Source: Octopus bimaculoides
Lineage: Eukaryota
Direction: 5' to 3'
NCBI RefSeq assembly: GCF_001194135.2
Contig: NC_068997.1
Coordinates: 11,137,730 to 11,201,481, forward strand
Length of the DNA stretch: 63,752 nucleotides
Shown here: positions 1 through 13,550 of the stretch, in pieces
Position numbering within the stretch: position 1 is the first letter of the stretch
How the letters are laid out: each line of letters opens with the position of its first letter
Program-made: the position numbers and the translations under genes
Notes under the pieces: model-generated
Told to the model about the DNA's origin: nothing
Databases searched by the model: none
The model's input: the letters and a program-made list of their open reading frames with translations, nothing else

Positions 1-2547
1 AATTTGAGAAAATATTCTCTAGAATAGTAGTGCGGTTTCTTCTTTGTTAATAATACTTTTGCGATGGTTCAATTTCCCATTCACTCTTGCAGGGTCGATT
101 TTGTATCTGTTAATTGAAAGAATCATTCTTGTTCAGTATACTCTTTGTAAAATAAGCGTTTCGGTTGCCATTTTTACAATTACTTCTTAGGAAATTATTT
201 TATACTCCGATTTTCCTGAATCGTATTAATGGTGTAAGTTAAATAATCTTGAGATGTCAGTAAATGAAATGATTTCACTTTTCTTTACATAAAAATATGC
301 GAAAATCATAAATTACATATTTCGTACACGCATGAAATGTTAGCGTCTTCACAAAGCTAACGTCAGAGACAATTTGCTGTGAGATGAATTTTCAAAAACA
401 GATTTTGGTCCTAAATTTTGGGTCTATTGTTTCTGTTTCATTGTGAACATGACTTTTTTGCGGAAGTTTCGAAAATTAAAAGCACATTCATTTAAAATAG
501 AATATAAACCAGCCAAGTTTTGTTTCATGACGGAATGTTTATTATATACCATTGAATGACCTCATGTGTAGCCGAAGTCGTGGTGACTGTTGAAATCTCA
601 TTTTAACACACTTATAGTATGTATTACAAACTGTGGTATTGGCCTACACCAAAAGTTTGTTTCATTCCAGAATGCAGCACAGAAATACATGCATAATAAA
701 AATTTTTTAAACAAATACATCGTGAAAAAATGAAATATTCTGCCGTTCATTTTATATTTTATTCCACTGTTAATTTTAAATATACCCGTGTTATATAATC
801 TGTACAACCGACATGTTTCCTTGAAAGAACTCCATGTTGCAGCATTCTATAATATCGTCGTCTGCATTACATATTATATATTTAATTCGTTAGCCATGAA
901 CACCCACATAGCATATTTCTAGTATAATTGTCAGAAGATAGAGTATATAATCATTCATCACCCAATCACATCTAATCAAATCCAATATATTTACTAATGG
1001 AAAATTATATATAATCTGCTTTTACCAATTTCTACACCTTACTCAGTATAAAAAATTACGACTCTTCGTTGATAAGTAACTGGAAATAATGAAACAATTT
1101 CATGCTGCAGTATAATCATAATTGATTTAGTCAGACTTACTATTCTCTTATGAATAGAATTATTCATTAACCTGTAATACAATACATTGGAGGATTAACG
1201 CGTTAATCAGAAATTTCATTAGGCATTGATGAGAAATATTTACATTTGATAATTTCCTTCTCTATTTACTATGTACTTTGGTTATTCAAAATTACTAACC
1301 ATACAAATTGATTAGAAAATTATCATGTTCTCACGAAATGATTTATAGTAGCTTAGCTGTTGCGGTGCGTCAAAGTTCTGATTTTGAATTATTTCAATTG
1401 AGAGTTTACATTTTCTTATATCACGTTCAATAACAAAGGAAGATAATTATAATGAAAACAATAATGTACTCTACTTAGAACCTAGATAGCGGCATTATAT
1501 ACTGCGAATGAACAGAAATGCAATATGTAACATTAGGTATTTCAAAACGTTATAATTCATGTCACAATGTGTACGTCTCTAAATGGTTTGAAGAAACATT
1601 AAACGAAACCATCTTGAGAATGTTACACTTTTGTGTCAAATTTAAGGTTACATTGTATAGTAATTGGTGACAGAGTAAAATAAAAGTTATTTTCAAAGTA
1701 AATTTATTACCACTTTCATTTATAAATTCTATTTTCAGTTTAAATGCATGAATACTGATCTTTACCGATAACGGATAGAGTCGGCATCCATTGACAAGGC
1801 TGCAAAAGCAACGAAATTTTTTGGAAGGCACAAAAAAATTAAATAAATAAATGAGTGGATATTGAACCGGTGAGTGTCAGATATTAAGGCACTATGACTC
1901 TCTCCATACATAACAAAATTTATAAAAATTGTTAACAGTAAAAATTAAAATAAACTATTTTTCTCAATATTTTTCTAACTCATAAATGCAGTTTGATCTG
2001 TTTAGTATATTTATAAATCTGATAACCAAGTATGCCCTGGGACCAGCATGATATACACAACATCTCGAAGGCCTTCGAATCTACTTCAGTGCTATTTCAT
2101 TGAAGTCATGGTTGCGAAGGTATTTAATATATGATAATTTGAAGTGTTTAATGCAAACATCTAATGACTATGGGATTCTATTGTAGATCGTTTTATATGA
2201 ACTGTAACTTGATACCGAAAACTATGTTACAAATATTAATTTGGTTGCAGTATACTACGAGCACACCTATTTAAAACGAAACGAACCGTTTCCCGTATTT
2301 ACAACCATTAGGCAATTTACAACCATTAGCAGGCTCAGTTACAGTTATATACAAGACAAATTTGAAAGGTTACTATAGAGAAAATAACATATTTCGTTTC
2401 AGATAACATACCAGAATATATTGGTATTTGACTCATGTTTCTGCTTGGTCACGTTGCAACACGTTTCCTATGTCAATTAATCTTAAATCATTGGTATGTG
2501 TTACGTTCTTCTACGTAGAATGAAGGCATACTTAAAATATATCTAAA

Positions 2548-2550
<3 letters not shown>

Positions 2551-2580
<30 letters not shown>
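2551..2580. repeat. (TA)n microsatellite
   Basis: Perfect AT dinucleotide run seen directly. Confidence 0.95.
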
Positions 2581-2582
<2 letters not shown>

Positions 2583-5500
2583 GCAATATATCTAACACCC
2601 AATTAGTTTAAAACGCAGACTCATTAAATTACACTGCCAATCCATGAATCGTGGAAGCAAGATATGTGTTGCCTTCAGATGATAATTAACAATCTAACTT
2701 TGTTTCAGCTATAATCTCAAATTTCCCGGTGTTGTGAACCAGTAGTCGATTCACTAATTTCAAGAATCCTTACTGCTGAATACATTTTTCTTCAGATCAG
2801 TTTTACATTTCTGCAGAAAGAAGCGTTCCGCAGAAATGAACGAGTGTGTCTTGTAGCTTGTACCAGACTCTGGAATCCGTTTACTTTGTGAAATTGTATA
2901 TCCAATAGCCATACCCCGCTGTGTATAGTCGTCATTTAAGCAAACTGTTCGAGGATGATTAATGTGTTGGATGGGTGCTGATGAAATGGCAAAAACGCCC
3001 GAAATATGGCATAAGCGCCTATTACCCAATTTTCATTTTCGATATGATTGTTTGTTTACATCTGAAGTCTCGTATACGAAACGTTGTAACAAAAATCATT
3101 GCTGGATATAATTTCTATGGAATATCTATAGAAATAACGTTAACAAGTAATATGGGGGATAATATTGTGCTTAAATGTTTACAGTACGTTACACACTTAC
3201 TGGAAAGGAACGTGAGTGTAAGAAGCTCTATCAGTATTTTCGAGCATAAGGCTACAGTTTAAAGGACACCATGATCACCATTACTAAAGTGACCAAGCCA
3301 ACGTAACTATAACACAGCTGTAGAATGCTATCAGTTTCTCTATTTCACAAATGCTCCTCAAATACAGAAGGTCAATCGGTAAAGTTTCCACTAAAGGATA
3401 GATATCGCAACGATACACAGTTACAATCGACTTCTTCGATGACTAAGATATAGCACGAAGATCATTTAAGAAAAAATCCCTTACATATTTGTTAGTATTT
3501 AAAACACCTTGTAGCTAGTAGAAGTAAATGAAAAGAAAAAGTTATATTCCAGAAGTTTTTTAAACGTATTTTGTTCCAATTTTGTACGAGTGTGTAATGA
3601 AAAGAACGTGTACAATGCGCATTGGTTGTTGCAAGATTGTTTGCAAGCAAAGAGGATATCGAGAAAAAAATTTAGTTCTGCAGCTGGAATGCAGATTTAC
3701 TCGCCGCTTCACAAACTGTCCGTCTTTCCACTTCCGGAGGACTACGAACGTATATTTTGGAGGCAGGCAAACTTATTGTAAAATTCTTAGATTTCTGAAA
3801 CATATTTACATTCTTCGCCTAGGGGTATTAGGAATATATTTACGAGGAACACGTTCTTCAGAATCTGATCAATCATCACTCATTTCAGTACTGCAAGCTC
3901 ACAATACTGATTGAATTGATTCACCCTGAACATCATTCGTGTGTTGTTTTGAGTGACCGACTGAAATAAATAAACGAATAAAGAAAAAATCTAGTACCAT
4001 GTCGCAGTTATGACACTTTCTGTGATACCTCACTCATCTTTTACTATACACATTCGATACACTAAACTTACTTTGATGTTGAATTATTGTCTCTCGTTAA
4101 TATAAATTATTGACGTGACTCAATGAATTTATGAACGATTAATATTCATAATTAATACGATAAAAATGGCTTGAAAACAGCAGACAATAAGAAATATTGA
4201 TTATACCACGAAGTAGTTTCCCATCTATAAAATCACATTTCGCTGTCCTTATACCTAGAGAATTTATACAAAATTATTCTTCGTTTATTAAAATATGGAC
4301 TAATAATATGAAAGTAAAATTATGAAATGAAAGAAGCGCTGAGAATTATTTAATGAATTCGATATTAAGGTCATACGTGAGGGTGACTGTAAACTAATTT
4401 CTGAGGCGTCAATGTGTAGAAAATTCCGAATAAAAATGGATGATTTTTACCGGAACTTTTCCAATTTTCTCTAATTGGAAAAATTATATAAAAGTTTTAT
4501 ACAAATACAGTGAAAATATAATAATCGCAGTCTTAAACAAAAAAGAAATAACAAAAAAAAGAGGAACGAAGAAACAATATAAACGTAGTGAAATAAATTG
4601 AATCAATATATTATTTTAAGTGCTGAATTGATGAAGCCAAGCGTAAAAAATGTGAATTATTATTAGGCTGATTATAAAAGAACAAATATAAAACGATTAT
4701 GATTCTTGAACATTAGATGAAACAAATTAAAATTATTTTATTATTTTAGTTAGCGCTTATCATATTTTTTATGTGTTTTATGATCAGAATAGTTGCAAAT
4801 GAAAAGAATCGTATTGACGTAAATGTTTATTAGAAATATAAAAATGTGTGAAGAATAAATAGATATAAAAATGATACAATATTTACAAAGAAATGGTTCA
4901 AAACATGAATAATGATGTGTGCGTGTTTCCGTCAACAAACTGTATACTAATCTTGTGTTGATTTCTCTACGGAGGCTTATCATTGACCATAAGACATTCT
5001 ATTGTTTTTTGAAGACTAGAATAAAAAGTCGTTTTACGTTGTTCCAGCACCTACCACTTCAAGCATAATAAGAAATTAGAAACCGTCGTAAATGAAGATA
5101 TTTTAATCAACGTCATAGACTACAGAAACGTGGTATATATAGCAGGATAATTGGTATTCGTAGTGGTATGTTAGTAACTTTATAAATGAACATCGTGATT
5201 GAAATGATTTTTAACAACAGAAAAATATTCTTTTTTGAAAACGCAACAACTCGAAGTAAATATGTAATACGCTTTGATTTTATGATCAAAACGGAAATAC
5301 CGTATCAGCTATGTATCAACTTAAAAGTTATCTTTACGTGCTACCTGCATTGTATTGGACTAGTTTTATTTCATCTTACTTTATTCCAACCATTCATAAT
5401 TGTGGAGAAACATTTCAATTAATGGTTTATCAGTACCCTCATTAGTATTCAAAACTACTTTTCTATACTGTCATTCGCTACAACTTCTATGTAATACGCT

Positions 5501-5989
5501 ACAACTTCCTCTCGATATTAGTATCGGAATATTAGGTACGAAATTTCATTTTAAGAATCAATTACATTAACATTAGTATGATATATCCTCGGCACCAGAA
5601 CAACTGCCTTTAAGGTATCAGTAATGGATAATTAAGCATCAAGATTGTAAGGTCTGCGCTACTAATATTGTGTAAGAAATATAATAGCAATAGACACATA
5701 GTGTTGTTTGACTAATTTATTTTTTAATACTTTTATAGAACATCTTAATATTAAATTTCACTATCGTAATACAATGAAGCAGAGATATGTAAGAATTAAT
5801 CCTGTTCAAAATTTCAAACATTTATGAAATCTACTCGATAATTATATGATTATGGTCAAATTAAATTATCAACAGCGGAAGATCATTAGTGGCACATTAG
5901 ATCTCAATTTATGTTTCTGCATATTATATTATTGTAACTCTCTAGCTGCCTACATCGGAAGAACATACCCTTCAACTTCTCCAGTGCTC

Positions 5990-6480
5990 CTTGACAACTT
6001 CTGAGCTATCCAATAAGAACCAACCTCCTATGCAGCCCGGTAGTTCACCCTACCCACATTTCCCATATACACCAAACCATGACTATTACTTGAAACTATC
6101 TCCAAATAATTATCCCTGTAAGGCCCCCGTACATCCAATCTCCTGTCCACAGATCTAACTGCCACACATCCTATTTGCTCTACTTTACAAAATATTCATG
6201 CTTTTCTGTTTTGCTCATTTCCGAAAATCATGCAAAGTTTCGAAGTCATTTTATTCATTGTTGCTTGCCTCATCTGCTCTCCTTTCTCATTTGCCAATCC
6301 CTCCATAACATCTGCATGTGCTAAATCTCCCACGATCACAAAGAGAAAGAATACAATCTCATTGTGTCTCCTTTCTTAACCTTAATGTTTAATACTTTTT
6401 GCTTGCTTTGATGTGTTATCATACTCCTCTATATCCCACTTTCACGCAATATCTTTTATCTGCCGATGTACGAGTGTCTC
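5990..6480 (-). mobile_element. Highly decayed RTE-like LINE, AP-endonuclease region
   Basis: Minus strand reads VIVGDLAHADVMEGLANEKGEQM (cf. APE motif IIGGDFNAHVG...NEEG), and further on VKEHWRS (cf. VEExW). Many stops; motif match from memory only. Confidence 0.4.
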
Positions 6481-7423
6481 TACATTAAAAATCTAAAAGT
6501 TGAGATTCGCAGCAACATCACATTATTTGATTTATTGCAGGTTTTGCGCAATTCCTTCTTATTAAGTTCCCATCTCTGATTTTTCAATGAGTATGAGCGT
6601 CCATTAAATATAGGACCAATTACAAACCAAATTTATTCCATTGACATTGAATATAGATCGGTTCACGATATTCGCTTGCCGTACCATTTGCGCACCTCTG
6701 ACGATGCATGATAAAATTAGAAGAGTTTCTGCTTCAAGCCTCTCTTATTTCTTTGTGAAAGTTTCTACCTGTCAATTCTTCAAAGTTTTCTTGGGGAATA
6801 ATTGCGTTGTAGGAAGAAAAGCCGAACCCTTCCTACAAGGTCGAACCACGCCCCAACTCACCATCAATTTGTATCAACAAAAGTCACGTCGGTAGGTTTG
6901 TGCGCCAATCACTTGCATTATGCCCAAATTAGAGGCTACGCGTTACTAATTGGAGCAGCACAAAAAAAAACGTTCATGTTCATAAAACCCTTGCTTGTCT
7001 GAAATTCTTTCAATACCCAAGGAAGTAGCTGTGACAGCATCCTGGAACGAGAGAAAAACAGAACGTCGATACCAAAGTACACTTAAACATTAAATCTTTG
7101 CCATTCCAGAAATAAACATCATTTCACTCTACTTCACTAATTACTGAAATTCAATACAGCAATCTCTTCCACGCATGTCAGCCACGTATAGATGCCCTAA
7201 GTACTTTCCTCGATGTTCCGAATACTATGAGGTACCTTTTTCTATCTATCAGTATAAGTCCCAAATAGATGCCTCGCAACATAAGATGTCAAAGCATCTA
7301 TTCCCATTAAAAAAACTAATGAAATGATAGAAAAATTCCACCTGGATCCTTATTCCCGTGAACAGCCATTCGAATTTATGTAAATTTATTTACACACGTC
7401 ATGTATGCATGTGTTATCAGTTT

Positions 7424-7516
<93 letters not shown>

Positions 7517-7715
7517 TAGGGACAAAATCNNNNNNNNNNNNNNNNNNNNNNNNNNNNNNNNNNNNNNNNNNNNNNNNNNNNNNNNNNNNNNNNNNNNNNN
7601 NNNNNNNNNNNNNNNNNNNNNNNNNNNNNNNNNNNNNNNNNNNNNNNNNNNNNNNNNNNNNNNNNNNNNNNNNNNNNNNNNNNNNNNNNNNNNNNNNNNN
7701 NNNNNNNNNNNNNNN

Positions 7716-7750
<35 letters not shown>
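7424..7750. repeat. Compound microsatellite (TATC)n-(TC)n-(TA)n spanning an assembly gap
   Basis: Seen directly; N-run at 7530-7715. Confidence 0.9.
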
Positions 7751-7754
<4 letters not shown>

Positions 7755-7765
7755 TTATTTATTTA

Positions 7766-9008
7766 CGAGGTGCGTAAGATATTTCGGGACATACATTTTG
7801 GGGGCCATTCCTGCATTTTTGATAACTGTATAATCTTTGTTTCAGTAAATAATAATGATTGTCCCTCAGCTTACTCAAGTAATGAAGAGCTATGCTGCTA
7901 TTGTGGTTATAAAGGCAGAGCATTAGCGATTAAAAAATATCTGGATTTTTAAAAGTTGTCAGATCTTTCGTCTATAAAATTTGTAAGCACCTACAGACCG
8001 AAGGTAGAAACGTATCACCAGTATCTAAGCCTAAAAAGCATTCTAAACGCTTTGAAATCGTCCGAACACCTGAAAATATCCAGCAAGTTCAGCAGACCAT
8101 TGGTTACAATCCGAGAAAGTCCATGAGGTCAATTGCAAAAGATCTTGATGTGTCCGAAGGAACAGTCAGAAATGTTGTCCACGAAGACATCAGATATGTC
8201 TTATATGATGATGAAAGGTGTCAAGTTGTCAGAAAAAAGCTAAAGAAAATTACTACATCAGATCTAAAAGGCTCTTAAACAAACTAAACAATCCAGCAGT
8301 AGAAGATTTGATTTGGTTTTTCTGAAACGAGAAAAAAGAGAGTTTAAAAAGTTAACAGAAGAAATGTCAGATGGTTATGTGCAGACCGTTCTGAAGTTCC
8401 AAGTGTTATGTATACAAAATTTCCTGCAGCTGTTGTGGTTTCAGACGTTGTCAACAATGAAAACATGTGATACCTCCTTACTTCTTTCCACAAGGCTTTA
8501 GACTTAACTCTGCCGCCTACATTGCGATGCTGTAAATAAACGATAGACCGTGTATGCAATTGAAGGCTATATGTGTTTCAATAAGACTTTGCACGAACCA
8601 AACATGGCTCTAGTAACACAGGAATGGATGGCTGGAAATTTCCATGATCTCACAGCCCTAACATTTGGCGTCCTAATTAACCAGATCTCAATCCATTGGA
8701 CTATTACATGCAAAGCGTTGTTGAGCGAGAGGTCAAAGAAAACGCCCAGAACACCAAAGAGTCTTTGAAAGCTGCCACAGTCAGAGTAATGTCCAAAATG
8801 AACGAGGACCATTTGATTTGAGCATGTAAATGATTTAGATCTCATATAGAAGCAGCTGTTGGAGCTGAAGGTGGATTTATTGAATACTATTATAGAAAAG
8901 AGGGTTTATTTTTATCCTCATAGCATTATTTTGATAAATAAAGTTATCTCTTATTTTATAAATGTTTTTATAAACATATATCTCTCCTGAAGTATCTTAC
9001 TCACCCTG
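7766..9008 (+). mobile_element. Near full-length (~1.24 kb) defective Tc1/mariner transposon, maT/DD37D-like
   Basis: Imperfect TIRs: left CGAGGTGCGTAAGATATTTCGGGA vs right reverse complement CAGGGTGAGTAAGATACTTCAGGA; TA at the left end and AATA at the right. Transposase relics: RTPENIQQVQQTIGYNPRKSMRSIAKDLDVSEGTVRNVVHEDIRY (HTH), WFF*NEK (D1 region), YVFQ*D (D2, 8585-8587), PDLNPLDY (D3, 8699-8701), FRSHIEAAVGAEGGFIE. D2 and D3 are separated by 111 nt (37 codons). Multiple stops and frameshifts. Confidence 0.9.
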
Positions 9009-9455
9009 AATATATACACACACAGACGTACGCACACACACACATATACACATATATTTGTATNNNNNNNNNNNNNNNNNNNNNNNNNNNNNNNNNNNNN
9101 NNNNNNNNNNNNNNNNNNNNNNNNNNNNNNNNNNNNNNNNNNNNNNNNNNNNNNNNNNNNNNNNNNNNNNNNNNNNNNNNNNNNNNNNNNNNNNNNNNNN
9201 NNNNNNNNNNNNNNNNNNNNNNNNNNNNNNNNNNNNNNNNNNNNNNNNNNNNNNNNNNNNNNNNNNNNNNNNNNNNNNNNNNNNNNNNNNNNNNNNNNNN
9301 NNNNNNNNNNNNNNNNNNNNNNNNNNNNNNNNNNNNNNNNNNNNNNNNNNNNNNNNNNNNNNNNNNNNNNNNNNNNNNNNNNNNNNNNNNNNNNNNNNNN
9401 NNNNNNNNNNNNNNNNNNNNNNNNNNNNNNNNNNNNNNNNNNNNNNNNNNNNNNN

Positions 9456-9492
<37 letters not shown>

Positions 9493-9527
9493 ATCTATCT
9501 ATCTGTCTCTCTCTCTGTCTCTCTCTC
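9456..9527. repeat. (TC)n/(TATC)n microsatellite
   Basis: Seen directly, at the right edge of gap 9064-9455. Confidence 0.95.
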
Positions 9528-10169
9528 TTAAACACTCAATCGATTTTTTCCTTTCCAATCTTTTTATCTCATCGCGCCTTCCATTTCTTTTGTAATCTCT
9601 CCTTCACCCTCTTACTCTACAACAAAATCATTTCCTATTTTTCATGCACATTTACTCTTATTTTAATTATTCTCTTTTCATATTTATTGTTTCTTTTAAA
9701 TTTGCATGGTTTTCTTGCTCCGTCTCTGTTCTTAAACAACGCTTGCCGGCTTATTTTGCTTGGAAGTAGATAGTGTAACCCTTTCCCAACGCCATGCACA
9801 GCTCGTCGTTTTATTCAAAATTATTTCATTTGAGATTATGAATTATAATGCTTTCCATTATAGTTCCTTTGTTTTGAAATGTCACAAGCCATGCTCCCTC
9901 AGTTATAAATGTTAATTTTGTTATTTGACAAATAATCTCCCCTACACTGTTTAAAGACATTTAAAAACCATAGTATCGTTCCAAATTTTCACCTCTGTTT
10001 GATGAACGCCTATGGCAAACTGGAAGTAAATGCTGGTAATTTTCCAGGCTTAACACAGCCCTCTATTTTCCAGTGCCTTTGATAATCGAGTATTATCTCC
10101 ATCTTACTGTGTAAGTGTGTGTGGAAACGATTCTTTCTGTAGATATCAGTATATATATTTAAATGTAAA

Positions 10170-10256
10170 TGTGTGTGTATGAATCTGTGTGTATGTGTGT
10201 ATGTGTGTGTGTGTGTGAGTATGTGTGTGTGTATGTGTGTGTGTGNNNNNNNNNNT

Positions 10257-10298
<42 letters not shown>
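10170..10298. repeat. (TG)n microsatellite with 10-N gap
   Basis: Seen directly. Confidence 0.95.
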
Positions 10299-10302
<4 letters not shown>

Positions 10303-10829
10303 CAAGAATAATCTGAGATTGTATATTGAAAGTAACCATCACGAAATCTGGAATGATATTTTTCACAAATATATCGCAAAACGCAGCTTAAACTACTGTT
10401 CAAAACTATAACATGTTTATTTGTTTTTAATTATTTAGTATTTCAACTCGGTATATAAGCGCACAAATGGGCATTAAATATTTTAAATGGGTATATCGTT
10501 TATATTTTGAAATGCACACTTTATATCTTTATTATCACATTACTACACCGAAGTTTCCAGTTTTTCCCTAGCATATCAACACTTCAAAATTGTAAAGCTA
10601 CTTATACATTTCCATTTCTTTTCAGATTGTTTCGGAAAATATTCGACTCATTCGTAATCTCCAGAATCCAGATTTTATTTCTACTATGCTTAAAGCTACG
10701 AAGCTTTTCAAAATTGAGCAACGGAAGATTCGTGCACCGGAAAGAGATGGAATGAGTAACCAGAAGATTACCAAATACCAACTCTATTCATAATAGCATA
10801 TAATTACTATACTCTACCCCGCTAGGCAC

Positions 10830-11390
10830 CTCTGAAAATATTATCCGTTCTGGATGCAAAGTTGTGAATAGGTGTCACGATCGACACAGTAATGAAATCC
10901 CTCATAGTCCACTTAAACTATGGCGGAGTCACTAGTTATATGAATAGAACGAGTTATTTCGGAAACGGTCAAACGTAACACTTTAATTGCATATTTATTC
11001 AGTGTGGTAAGAGATGGGCCCCCGAATGTCAACTGCAAGTACTCTAAAGACACACACACCAGTCCATATCTTGAAAACAATCATTTGGCTATTCAAAAAA
11101 AAAAAAAGAAAGAAAGAGATAGAAACAAGAACCTTTGCGAGGCAAAGAACAGGTGTGAAAGCATTCTAAAAACATGATGTAGATGGAGCATGTCCCTTAT
11201 ACCACCAAACGTTCTGGAACAGCATGCCTAAGAATATTCATGTGACAAAAGTATTCTTGACAGTGTTTTGTTTGTTGATGTAACACCAAATAGTGAATTA
11301 GCTTGTAAAGCTATGGAAATTCCAGAAGTTAGCATCAACATCAAGGGCGACGAAATGACAGACAGATCGATTAACCTTCTTAACTGTATG
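10830..11390 (+). mobile_element. Decayed Penelope-like retroelement fragment (RT thumb/linker preceding GIY-YIG)
   Basis: Translations ILSVLDAKL*IG..IVHLNY..VTS, DVDGACPLYHQTFW and SVLFVDVTPNSELA resemble PLE motifs (LPVLDxKVW, DxxGxRPLYR, SVxFVxxTPxSEL) as I recall them. Confidence 0.55.
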
Positions 11391-12019
11391 TCTTACGCCT
11401 TTGAAATCATTGCCCCCAATGACTGAAACATTAAAGTAAGGGAGAGAAGGGGGAGAGGAAGAGGGCATATACTATAACCATGAATTTCAACTTAAAACAA
11501 AAATGAACTGAACTATAATACACTAGGTGATGACAAACAGGATGACTGGCGTATAAAGATGAGAGAGGAAAAGTATATGTAGAGCGCCGAGGCCTATATA
11601 TACTATGCAATAGCCTCGTCTCCAAACATTTGCAGTACAGCTGTGTTCCAGTCAGGAGTCAAGTAGCGGCATGTAAATTTTAACATCAGAAGTTAACAGC
11701 TTTTGTGTTTATGAATCTCTAATACGTGTCTTTCAAGTCGTAATTGTTCTCTTTTATGTATCATAGTAAAATATGCTGTGAACGTATATTGAAAACAATT
11801 TCTATACTGTGATATGTGTTCATAAATATAATTATATATATAACATATAATGATATTTACAGGAACTATTATGGAAGTTCTGCATTGATTATTAACAATT
11901 TACATCATTTTTTTGAAAAAAGAACTTTAATGAGGCACGGGAATATATCATGTATAGTCGCAAGTCTTTATCAAATATCTGCAATATATGTGATGTCAAT
12001 GCATTTAATCAGCAATATA

Positions 12020-12088
12020 TATATACATACATATGTGTGTGTGTATAGATATAGAAATATACATATATACTTACATACATACATACAC

Positions 12089-12153
<65 letters not shown>

Positions 12154-12245
12154 GGTATAGATATAGATACATGTATAAACAAATATATGTATATATGTAG
12201 TAATATGCAAACATGGACACACACACACACACACACATATATACT
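12020..12245. repeat. Compound TA/TACA/CA microsatellite
   Basis: Seen directly. Confidence 0.9.
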
Positions 12246-13019
12246 TAGTCATATACTAAGAATATTCTTGTTTGCGTACGTGCATATGTGTGAGTCAGTC
12301 TGTCGAGTGTCTATGCATCTGTTTGTTTGCTTCAATGCCCATTTGTTTGTGCGTTGGAGTGTATGTATGAGCGTTTGTCGATGAAATATCTTGCATGGAA
12401 GTCTGCAGTCGCTAAACCGCTGAGTCGAACAAAACTATTTTCTTGTATTCGTTGTTTCTCATATCACACTTACTTTCATAATTTTTGTATGCCAGTGATT
12501 CACCTATATAAGTAGCTTATACTGAACAAAGCTGTTTTCCCTAATATATATGATAATTTAAAATTAAAGTGTCTGTTGTCTAAATACACATTTTCTTTTA
12601 TAAATTTACAGCCAAAGTACGTTGTAGAATTTGGAATATACATGAGATTTCGAAATTCAAATTCCTATCATTTAATATGAAATGTTTTTTAAAGATAATA
12701 AATATAACGCATTAACTATGATCTAAAATACCAAGTCATACATAAAAAAACATTGTTTACTAATATAATGTTATTAAAAAATGTAGGGTATTGTCATTTT
12801 ATACATAATGGTTTATTTGCAAATACTTAAGCCTCAACTTTACAATTTCCTGTCTAGCGAAATGATTTGTGTTGAGTTGTTCAATTCATGCTGTTCTCTA
12901 GATTTATATTTTTGCGCAACATATTTATTTCCAGCTGTTTGGAACGTTGGTTCCTCTCAGAGGTGATGCATTTCCACTTGATTCGGCTATTCACCAATAA
13001 TTCCACCTCAGACTTTTAA

Positions 13020-13095
13020 ATGTTTAGTCAGTTCAAATCCCACCTAGTCCAATTTTGCCTTTCGAAACTTTGGAGCTTTAAAATGAAATACCATA
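13020..13095 (+). mobile_element. Degenerate SINE fragment
   Basis: GTTCAAATCCCACCTAGTCCAATTTTGCCTTTC resembles the GTTCAAATTCCGCCGAGGTCGACGTTGCCTTTC core of the copy at 19316. Confidence 0.4.
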
Positions 13096-13129
13096 CCAGA
13101 GTAGTAAATTGGTTATGCTGTTTGTCTCT

Positions 13130-13550
13130 CGGAAGGTTTTTCGTAGCTGTATTTGTTCCTTCAATTTTGTGTTTTGATTTCTTGGTTGGCAAACAATCTG
13201 TCACCCATTTGACGTCATTGCCTGCTGCATGTATCCTGATTTCATGTTTTCGTTCCTAGCTGACAATAATGTCGTTCTCCCCTATATCCCATTCCGAAAT
13301 CCCTGCACTAAATACCAGCTGAAGGTCTCAGCTGGTATTTCAACTAGTCCTGCTGCTTTCTTATTTTTTAAGCCTCCGGTAGCTTATCTGAGTTCGTCTA
13401 GACTTGTCGAAATGCTGAAGGAATGCTCCACTGATTGTTTTAAGATCTTGTTTATTACATGTTTGCCAAAGGTGACGTGTTGGTTCGGAAAATCCTTAAA
13501 AAATTGTTTCTTCAGGCGTTCAGAGCAACATGAATTTAAACGTTTGCTAA
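13130..13550 (-). mobile_element. Decayed RTE-clade LINE fragment (linker and RT N-terminus)
   Basis: Minus strand LDELR*ATGGLKNKKAAGLVEIPAE (cf. LKNxKAAGxDxIPxE), followed by a frameshifted GDFG..YRG..TLLSA (cf. KKGD...NYRGITLLS). Confidence 0.6.

Noticed and set aside
1562-1831. 89-aa minus ORF (MPSKKFRCFCS...)
   Set aside because: GTG start, I/L/F/K-rich composition typical of AT-rich chance frames, no motif.
2297-2329. Short tandem duplications (15 bp here; similar ones near 13570-13615, 27470-27502, 28070-28090, 31040-31065)
   Set aside because: Ordinary slippage-type duplications with no higher-order or spacer structure; not CRISPR-like.
3582-3914. 110-aa plus ORF and overlapping 43-codon minus frame (MFQKSKNFTISLPASK...)
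   Set aside because: TTG start for the long ORF, no recognisable motif, no convincing splice-site pair.
6820-6880. Minus-strand IQIDGELGRGS, resembling a kinase Gly-rich loop
   Set aside because: Flanked by stops, lacks the third Gly and any downstream kinase motif.
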